Shown here in pieces: positions 57,886-64,000 of a stretch of DNA of 64,000 nt (position 1 is the first letter of the stretch; the number at the start of each line of letters is the position of its first letter). This DNA comes from a virus. The stretch spans positions 8,091-72,090 of the IMG/VR virus record IMGVR_UViG_3300046804_001132, one strand, 5' to 3'. The translations under genes and the position numbers were made by a program. The notes under the pieces were generated by a model. It was not told the origin of the DNA. It did not search any database and was given only the letters and a program-made list of their open reading frames with translations.

Positions 57886-58152
57886 TTATTCATTGTTCAC
57901 CATTTCATTGAATGACTCATAGTATGAGTTCTCGTCTACATTTAGATAGTTGCAGAAGTTAGTCCATGCGTAGTCTACATTTGCAGAGAAGGAGTCATTG
58001 ATGGTAATCCATCCAATATTGCTGCAAAGGCATACCCAAAGAACATCAGCATTACCCTGCACAAAATCGCTCTGCTCCTCCTCCTCATCTATGACTGAAG
58101 CGTAGAAGTCTGCAAGAATCCTGACCCTATCAGAAAAGGGCGTACTGTCCAT
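57886..58152 (-). CDS. Hypothetical protein
   Basis: RBS AGGAG; TPFSDRVRILADF. Confidence 0.55.
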   Translation of the reverse strand: MDSTPFSDRVRILADFYASVIDEEEEQSDFVQGNADVLWVCLCSNIGWITINDSFSANVDYAWTNFCNYLNVDENSYYESFNEMVNNE

Positions 58153-58345
58153 CTGATACTCCTGGTAGTGTGTTGTTGTGTTCGATGATTGACTCTGACA
58201 TGATGACCAACTGATCGCGTACCCCCAACGGTGCAAGGTTCACAAGGTGAAAGCCTAGATGATCCATGTCTGCCATAGTGTAGCGCATATCTGAAACGGT
58301 ATCAAGGATACGCTGTGCAGCCTTCTCCATAGTGTGTAGCATCAT
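58130..58345 (-). CDS. Hypothetical protein
   Basis: Promoter TTGACT-18-TATAAT immediately upstream. Confidence 0.55.
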   Translation of the reverse strand: MMLHTMEKAAQRILDTVSDMRYTMADMDHLGFHLVNLAPLGVRDQLVIMSESIIEHNNTLPGVSDGQYALF

Positions 58346-58438
58346 ACCTCCGATTATAGTGGAAGGGGGGCAGAGAAGTCAAGTGCACCCCTGCCCCCCA
58401 GTTCCATCCTAAGGAACATGTGTTCCTATTCTGGATGA

Positions 58439-58597
58439 TTATCGCGTGGCAACCTTAGGAGCCTTACGCAGCGAGGTAAGATTGACAGAATCAACAAACT
58501 TGCCAAACTCGTCACGAATAACCACACGCTCCTGCGTGCCGTAGCGCGTATCCCACTTCTCAAGGTAGGGGTACGTCTTGATCTTTGCCTTTGCCAT
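58439..58597 (-). CDS. Small basic protein (52 aa, not in ORF track)
   Basis: RBS AAGGAG; EKW...VVIRDEFGKFV..N.T. Confidence 0.6.
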   Translation of the reverse strand: MAKAKIKTYPYLEKWDTRYGTQERVVIRDEFGKFVDSVNLTSLRKAPKVATR

Positions 58598-58639
58598 TTG
58601 TTTCTCCTTAGTTAGATATATCTTCCTGTTGGGAAGTCT

Positions 58640-58810
58640 TTAGATTTGCTCAACCTCAATAGTGTCTGGAATCATCTCATTACCCACGCATTCAATGAAG
58701 TCATTATAGTCGCCTGTGGCAAACTTTTCAAGGGCTTGCTCAGATGAGTCTGCTTCAATCTGTAGGTTGTACCATACTGAATCTTCCCATGAAATAAGAT
58801 ACTTACTCAT
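58640..58810 (-). CDS. Small acidic protein (56 aa, not in ORF track)
   Basis: MSKYLISWE...IEADSSEQAL. Confidence 0.5.
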   Translation of the reverse strand: MSKYLISWEDSVWYNLQIEADSSEQALEKFATGDYNDFIECVGNEMIPDTIEVEQI

Positions 58811-58912
58811 GACTTTCCCTTCTTAGGTGTACCGTCGCACTTCCACTTGGCGTGGGTAATGCAATAATCTTGTCTCTTGTCGTTCTTCTTAGGATCGACA
58901 TGCTTGTTATGT

Positions 58913-59137
58913 CTAATGACTGATATCGTCTGACAGGAATTCATCCATTGCCTCCCACGACTCATAGGTGTTGATATACACATCATAGCCTAGAGTGCGA
59001 GCATTTGCAAGCCAAGCGCCAAAGTCGTCAGGTTCGACGGTAGAGATGTATTGCTGTTCTACATCATCATTGTCATCATAGATCTCCCACCACCTACCCC
59101 CCAATGCCTCAATCTCATAGGCATATAACTTGGTCAC
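58913..59137 (-). CDS. Hypothetical protein
   Basis: ORF in minus-strand operon. Confidence 0.5.
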   Translation of the reverse strand: MTKLYAYEIEALGGRWWEIYDDNDDVEQQYISTVEPDDFGAWLANARTLGYDVYINTYESWEAMDEFLSDDISH

Positions 59138-59376
59138 AGCACATCTCCATTCTCATCTTGGAGAATGACACCATCAATATGCACAAAGTCCTCATACAAC
59201 CAATCCTCAAGCCAATCAACAAGCATTTCAGTAGTTACCTCATCTTCTTCCACATCATTCTGGAGGGCAACATCAGCGAGGTAGTGCTGAGTATCATAGG
59301 TGATAGCCTTGATAGCATTGATACGCTCAGGAAGATTGTTCATTGTAGTATCTCCACTTGGATTCTGAGTAATCAA
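59134..59376 (-). CDS. Hypothetical acidic protein
   Basis: Ends ILQDENG; start may be 59343. Confidence 0.5.
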   Translation of the reverse strand: MITQNPSGDTTMNNLPERINAIKAITYDTQHYLADVALQNDVEEDEVTTEMLVDWLEDWLYEDFVHIDGVILQDENGDVL

Positions 59377-59795
59377 ATAGACTTAGTTGATAGTTTTCTG
59401 TCTGCGATACATCGTTTGCAATGTCGTGTGTTTCCATACTGATAATAACTCCCATCTACATAAGGATGCCCTTGGCGACATTCTACTCTCTTTTGATGCC
59501 CATGTCTACCCTTGGCGATCATGTCTTTGTTGTTGGTATCCCAATTTCCTGGGGCAAGGTGAGATGGCCTAACACAAATAGGATTATCACAGATATGCAT
59601 TACAACCTCTGGTAGATATCCATTCTCTAACTCAAATGAGTATCTATGTGCATACATCTTTATTTCCTTACCCTGTGCATATCCACCAAGGTAGACTACT
59701 CCATAGCCAGCAACTGTCTTGCTGCCAGTCCATATCCAGCAGCCTTCAGTTTTGTTTACACGATCCCAAAACCTGTGTGTTTGACTTTTATCCAT
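59373..59795 (-). CDS. Free-standing HNH endonuclease
   Basis: RFW..V.K...CW.W, AHR, HICDNPICV.P.HL, C..GH...CKRC. Confidence 0.85.
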   Translation of the reverse strand: MDKSQTHRFWDRVNKTEGCWIWTGSKTVAGYGVVYLGGYAQGKEIKMYAHRYSFELENGYLPEVVMHICDNPICVRPSHLAPGNWDTNNKDMIAKGRHGHQKRVECRQGHPYVDGSYYQYGNTRHCKRCIADRKLSTKSI

Positions 59796-60019
59796 AGTTA
59801 CGTCCTTTCGACATAATTATATCATAAGTCAAACTAAGATGATTATCTGAACCATCGCTTCTCAGGAATACCAACTGAAGGAGGGAGTGGGGGAGGGGTT
59901 GCCTTTGCTTGCTGTTCTGCTGCTGCGATAGCGGCTTTTGCTTCCCACGCTAAAACAACCTCATACTCTCCCAACTGCGGGGTATTGCTCAATGGACCGC
60001 GAGCACCATAAACGTGCAT

Positions 60020-60274
60020 TCACAGTTCTCCATTCACAACAGGGGAGGGCCAGATAGGAGCGAGATATCCTAGCATGGTATGGCACTTGTAGTCAATGTG
60101 CTCATCCATTGTGCCCTCGTCAGGAAGATGCCAACCATTCCATCCCCAATCAGCAGACTCAGCACGATCAGGGTAGAACACGTTGCCATCAGGGAGGTAT
60201 GCAATAAGATCATCCTCCACAAACCACCTGTCCTTGTCGCTGTCATATCCTACAATATAGTGATACATTGCCAT
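60020..60274 (-). CDS. Hypothetical protein
   Basis: RBS AGGAG; ORF. Confidence 0.5.
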   Translation of the reverse strand: MAMYHYIVGYDSDKDRWFVEDDLIAYLPDGNVFYPDRAESADWGWNGWHLPDEGTMDEHIDYKCHTMLGYLAPIWPSPVVNGEL

Positions 60275-60434
60275 TAGTAGTTCTCCTCATCCTGCGGGGC
60301 ATTGTCAATGATCTGAAGTGTACCAGTATCCAGCAGCCACCGCAACTGTCCCATAGCATCCAGAATCTCGTCAGACCTAAACTCATAGTCTGCCTCGCCA
60401 TTGCCACACTCAATATAACCAGAATAGATTGGCA

Positions 60435-60665
60435 TTACTCACTCACATCCTTATAGGTTTTAGCACAACGCTTGCACATGTTGTTGGAATTTGGCCTGCG
60501 GCTCATCCTACCCAATTGTCGCAGGGAAGTCAAGCCCTCACGCCTCCAGCCAGGATTACCATGCCAAGCACTACAAATAGTCTCACCAAACCATGCCCCC
60601 ACATGCACTAGCCCTGAGGGGGAACGGTACAAAGAGATTTCCCTAGCATCTAAGAAAGTAGACAC
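60435..60665 (-). CDS. Small Cys/His protein
   Basis: VH...T.C...CKRC. Confidence 0.5.
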   Translation of the reverse strand: MSTFLDAREISLYRSPSGLVHVGAWFGETICSAWHGNPGWRREGLTSLRQLGRMSRRPNSNNMCKRCAKTYKDVSE

Positions 60666-61123
60666 TAGAACATCTCCCTTGCATCTACATCAACACTATC
60701 CTCAACCAGATCAATGTCGTGCTCGCCGTTGTTATCAAAACCAAAAGAAACTTCATCTTCCCAGTCAATGTCATCAACATCAACGTCAATGGGGATCTCA
60801 ACCGTGCCCACAAAGGTGACGGTATAGGAAAGATCAACAGTCTTAGTCATCTTCATACCAAGACACTCAGCAATACACTTCACATCATCATTGTCAAGTT
60901 TGCCATATGTAGAAATGTGATCCCAAATGACACCCTCAACATTGGCAATCTTGAGTTGCAGTTCCTTGATCTCATCAGTCAAAGAAGCAATCTTATTAGT
61001 CAGAGCAACATTGTGATTGGACATGTCCTCACAAGACTTGATAAGATCCTCACGCGACACATCTGCGGGGGTACGGACAGGAACATAAGCATCCATCTTG
61101 CTCACCTTTCGTAGAAGTTTCAT
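60665..61123 (-). CDS. Hypothetical coiled-coil/acidic protein
   Basis: TTGACA-17-TAGGAT promoter 6 nt upstream of ATG. Confidence 0.55.
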   Translation of the reverse strand: MKLLRKVSKMDAYVPVRTPADVSREDLIKSCEDMSNHNVALTNKIASLTDEIKELQLKIANVEGVIWDHISTYGKLDNDDVKCIAECLGMKMTKTVDLSYTVTFVGTVEIPIDVDVDDIDWEDEVSFGFDNNGEHDIDLVEDSVDVDAREMF

Positions 61124-61335
61124 ACATGAATCCTATGCTATGGGCAAGTGTTTGTCAAGCGGATTTTGGGGATTTTTTGGGGATGTTCTTAATGCATCGT
61201 AAATGAGTTTTAGTTTTATTTTTATATAAAAGAGCGCCCCGGCAGCCTGGAAAAACCGTTGCAAATAAAGGGTTTTTGAGCAGTTTTACATCATGCTCAG
61301 GATGTGATGGGGGATATCCCCATCTATAGGTTGGC

Positions 61336-62331
61336 CTACGCGAAGGCAAGTTCCTTCACGATGCCAAGAAGGCGATTCTTCTCTGCGTTAGTCGCAGCAT
61401 CGAAACCGCTAGCAGCAGCAAGGACAGTTTCTGCATTACCTCCACGAGGATTGCGGAACCAGTCGATACGCTCAGTCAGAGCATTGTACACGCCCCACGC
61501 AGTACCCTTGATGCCAACCTCAGTCGGACCATTGTAGATATCGAACAGGGTGTCTACCTTGTTCTGCCACTTGGTCATAGCACCCTTGGTGTCTGCATCA
61601 GGCTGAGGGTATGCAGCCTTGATGATATCGAAGAACTTGTCACCATCGACAGACTGAGCAAACAGAGCAGCAGCCTGCTTGTCGAACTCGTCCATGTACT
61701 TGTGAGCAAGGCCAAGAGCCTCACGAGCAGCCTGAACCTTACCCTGCACCGTCTGAGTGTGACGGATACGGAAGGACTGCTTGGCACCCTTGCCACGAGC
61801 ACCCACAGCCATGTTGAGAGTATTCTGGCAGACAACACGCACAGGCGTGATGCTAGCCTGAATAGCAAGCGAGCCGTCGTGCGAGGTATGAACCAGAAGG
61901 TAGGTGTTCACCTTGTCGCTGACACCGTTAGGGTCGATGATGGACTCACGCTCAAGAGCAAGAGAACCGAACACGACCGTGCCATTCTTGATGCTGCCAG
62001 CAGTCTCCCAGCGAGCACCGTCAAGGATGTTGTCGCCAAAGGCAAACAGATCCTCATTCTGAAGAACGTTGTAACGCTCTCCCACAATGCCAAGAACGTC
62101 GTCGCCACCGTCAAACGGATTGGTGCGAACAGTTGCGAAGTAGTTCTTGGACGAACGTCCTGGGAGATCAATGTCCTCCAGACGCACATTCCAGCCAGCC
62201 AGATGAGCGACCGAAAGCATTTCCGCAGTCGTGACCTCAGAGTCAAGGACAGTGCCAAGACCGTGCCACGCAGGCTCGCGGAGGGATGCAAAGGAAGCCA
62301 TATCCCCGTACTGCTCAAGCATATGTGCCAT
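61336..62331 (-). CDS. DUF932-family phage/plasmid protein
   Basis: PAWHGLG, LQN...F, ETAG, SHDGS, PVRVVCQNT, IRHT, GTAWG.YNA. Confidence 0.85.
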   Translation of the reverse strand: MAHMLEQYGDMASFASLREPAWHGLGTVLDSEVTTAEMLSVAHLAGWNVRLEDIDLPGRSSKNYFATVRTNPFDGGDDVLGIVGERYNVLQNEDLFAFGDNILDGARWETAGSIKNGTVVFGSLALERESIIDPNGVSDKVNTYLLVHTSHDGSLAIQASITPVRVVCQNTLNMAVGARGKGAKQSFRIRHTQTVQGKVQAAREALGLAHKYMDEFDKQAAALFAQSVDGDKFFDIIKAAYPQPDADTKGAMTKWQNKVDTLFDIYNGPTEVGIKGTAWGVYNALTERIDWFRNPRGGNAETVLAAASGFDAATNAEKNRLLGIVKELAFA

Positions 62332-62491
62332 GTGTGTTACCTTTCGTTGTTGTTGGTAGGTAAATGATATGGGATAGGTCTGACACTTGTCAATAGATAA
62401 ATAGGGAAATATCGGACAGATTTGGGTGTGTCCTTAATCACATCGTAAACATTTGACAAATTAGTTTTGGCGTGCCGGGATTTTCCCTCAC

Positions 62492-62716
62492 AAAAAAGAG
62501 CCCCCCTAGGGAGCATGGGTGGGTGGGGGTATGCTCAACCTAGGGGGACGACTAGGGGAAAATGTAGGTGATCTGTTTTCAGTTGGATTCATCCAACCCC
62601 TACACTAAATGCACTTCCCAATGCATACCACTTCTGCGTTACAGTCTGTGGCCTTAGATCATCGAATACCTGCAAGTATCATGATCTGTCTACCCTCTTT
62701 TTGCAGCGTAGTAGAC
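62492..62716 (-). ncRNA. Candidate structured ncRNA downstream of tRNA-Asp
   Basis: Consecutive hairpins, complementary loops CTGCAA/TTGCAG, GNRA loop, terminal hairpin plus U tract. Confidence 0.5.
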
Positions 62717-62721
62717 TGGGG

Positions 62722-62794
62722 CGATTCTGATGGGATTCGAACCCACGACCTCTACCGTGACAGGGTAGCGAGCACTCCGCTGCTCTACAGAACC
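62722..62794 (-). tRNA. tRNA-Asp(GTC)
   Basis: GGTTCTG/CAGAATC, CTACC-CTGTCAC-GGTAG, GTTCGAATC on minus strand. Confidence 0.9.
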
Positions 62795-62799
62795 TTACG

Positions 62800-62871
62800 C
62801 ACGCTCCCCAAGATTCGAACTCAGACCTAGCGGGTTTGGAATCCGCTGTGCTACCGTTACACCAAGAGCGC
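62800..62871 (-). tRNA. tRNA-Trp(CCA)
   Basis: GCGCTCT/GGAGCGT, TT-CCA-AA loop, GTTCGAATC, G discriminator. Confidence 0.85.
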
Positions 62872-63040
62872 AGAGCGGTTAGGTTTATTCCCTTCCTTCA
62901 CCTAACCTGTTTGATGGATGGCGCATGAATATTTGTATCCTTTGGGGAACCACCCAAATGAGGAAGCGAGTCGATGTAGGCGATTTGCTGAATGGTATCC
63001 TTTTGACTTTTTCCTACGGGTCGCATATCCTCAAGTGTAT

Positions 63041-63115
63041 GATGGAGAGGTGGACTTGCACCACCACTTTATACTCATTTTATAGAGTCGCGTTTACTCT
63101 TTCGCCATCCCCATC
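63041..63115 (-). ncRNA. tRNA-like element with aberrant anticodon arm
   Basis: GATGGGGA/TCTCCATC stem, GCG/CGC D arm, GGTGG-TGCAAGT-CCACC T arm; 4-bp anticodon stem with 8-nt loop. Confidence 0.55.
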
Positions 63116-63153
63116 AAGTCTCTATGTAGTTGTTCTGTGATTGTATCACAGTT

Positions 63154-63294
63154 TTAGACGGTAGTCCACCTGTCTACCCCGTTCACATCCAGCAGGATGC
63201 GAGCATGACCGTTGGGATTGTCCACAATATCCTTGACAATGCCCGTGACCTTGGACTTCTTGGTAGTGAACGTGTCACCGATGCTGATCTTCAT
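63154..63294 (-). CDS. Small SH3/KOW-like protein (46 aa, not in ORF track)
   Basis: MKISIGDTFTTKKSKVTGIVKDI...RWTTV; TAATG coupling. Confidence 0.55.
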   Translation of the reverse strand: MKISIGDTFTTKKSKVTGIVKDIVDNPNGHARILLDVNGVDRWTTV

Positions 63295-63425
63295 TACTTC
63301 TTCCCCACAATCTGGAACGGAACGGCGGCAGTCTGATTGGTGGCCCCAATAAACGTGCCCTTGTCAGTACGCACGACAGCCTTGATGGTGTCGCCCCACT
63401 TCTCAGTACGAACGATGACGGACAT
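63294..63425 (-). CDS. Small protein (43 aa, not in ORF track)
   Basis: EKW...AVVRTDKGTFIGATNQT; promoter upstream. Confidence 0.55.
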   Translation of the reverse strand: MSVIVRTEKWGDTIKAVVRTDKGTFIGATNQTAAVPFQIVGKK

Positions 63426-63457
63426 TGTTACCCACTTTCTTTGTTGTTGTTGGTTGT

Positions 63458-63487
63458 ATTTTACAGGGTGGTGGGGGTACTTGTCAA
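63458..63487 (-). promoter_or_regulatory. Sigma-70 promoter overlapping a hairpin
   Basis: TTGACA-18 nt-TAAAAT on minus strand. Confidence 0.7.
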
Positions 63488-63514
63488 GACTTTCCCCCCA
63501 CCGTTATGAAGTTG

Positions 63515-64000
63515 TTACCAAGAGGCTTGGTAGTAGAATGAATAGTCCCAAGGGTTTGCATCCAAGGGAACATCCTTCAGAATCTCATCAATCATGGTGA
63601 TGGTATTCTTCATGTCATCCATGTACCACTCGTCATAGTCATAGGAACCGAAGAAGAATCCAGACTGAGTAGGAAGAATCTCAGATGCCACCGCAGGCTG
63701 CAAGAGAACCTGATCACACAGATTACGCAACTCACGCAACTGCTCCACACTCACGGGAATCTTCTGGCACTCATCCTTGCCACCATCAAGATCGCAGAAC
63801 CACTTGTGAATGGCATTGGCCTTGCGCCAGTACGCCACACACACCTCGGCGAACATGTGAGAAGAATGAGCAGCGGGGGTGATCCCAAGAAGATTCACCA
63901 TACCATCAAACAGTTCGACCTCTGCCTGATTCTTCTCATCCTCGCGCTGCCACGCATAGCCGCTCACATACTGTTGGCGGTACAGATACATGTCAAGTCC
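63515..64000 (-). CDS. Conserved phage protein (5' end at or beyond window edge)
   Basis: GLDMYL, YWRKANAIH.WF, LPT..GFFFG..YDEWY, YQASW. Confidence 0.75.
   Translation of the reverse strand, partial: GLDMYLYRQQYVSGYAWQREDEKNQAEVELFDGMVNLLGITPAAHSSHMFAEVCVAYWRKANAIHKWFCDLDGGKDECQKIPVSVEQLRELRNLCDQVLLQPAVASEILPTQSGFFFGSYDYDEWYMDDMKNTITMIDEILKDVPLDANPWDYSFYYQASW

Noticed and set aside
61575-62367. Alternative-frame and antisense ORFs over the DUF932 gene (and similar shadows over structural genes)
   Set aside because: Explained by codon bias of the real gene; no RBS or recognisable motifs
63041-63115. tmRNA
   Set aside because: GGGGA/TCTCC ends resemble tmRNA but only about 75 nt separate them, with no tag reading frame
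62609-63336. Plus-strand ORFs 62609-62830, 62925-63140, 63130-63336
   Set aside because: Antisense to tRNAs, structured RNA and coupled minus-strand genes; no RBS or motifs
1-64000. Stop-codon reassignment
   Set aside because: Long genes are intact in the standard code, all three stops terminate genes, and no suppressor tRNA was found
1-64000. Integrase, repressor or att site indicating a prophage
   Set aside because: None recognisable in this window; no flanking host genes

Overview
A 64 kb segment of a large, low-GC, tailed (siphovirus-like) phage genome, most likely infecting Actinobacteria. Support for that host: WhiB, a DnaE-type polymerase, many leaderless genes, and an overall layout I recall from Streptomyces BE/BK-type and freshwater actinophages. 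Order on the + strand: 3' part of portal, prohead protease/scaffold, major capsid, head-tail, tail and tape-measure genes (1-22.8 kb). Then a replication/recombination block (DnaB, primase, SSB, DnaE, RecA, resolvases, Cas4-like nuclease; 22.8-35.4 kb), terminase (36-38.5 kb) and a long accessory region with 9 tRNAs and host-like metabolic genes (35.4-56.7 kb). After a strand switch near 57 kb lies a minus-strand early-type region with small ORFs, 2 tRNAs and about 650 nt of densely structured non-coding RNA. Most notable observations: (1) the scaffold C-terminus and four unrelated accessory proteins share a terminal W-x-G-x-F-type peptide, a candidate capsid cargo-loading signal; (2) a large structured ncRNA candidate with embedded tRNAs and a kissing-loop pair; (3) promoters nested in hairpins, one of which sequesters an RBS; (4) a SPOUT methyltransferase whose stop codon lies inside a tRNA gene. 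All calls are by eye from motifs; no database searches were run.
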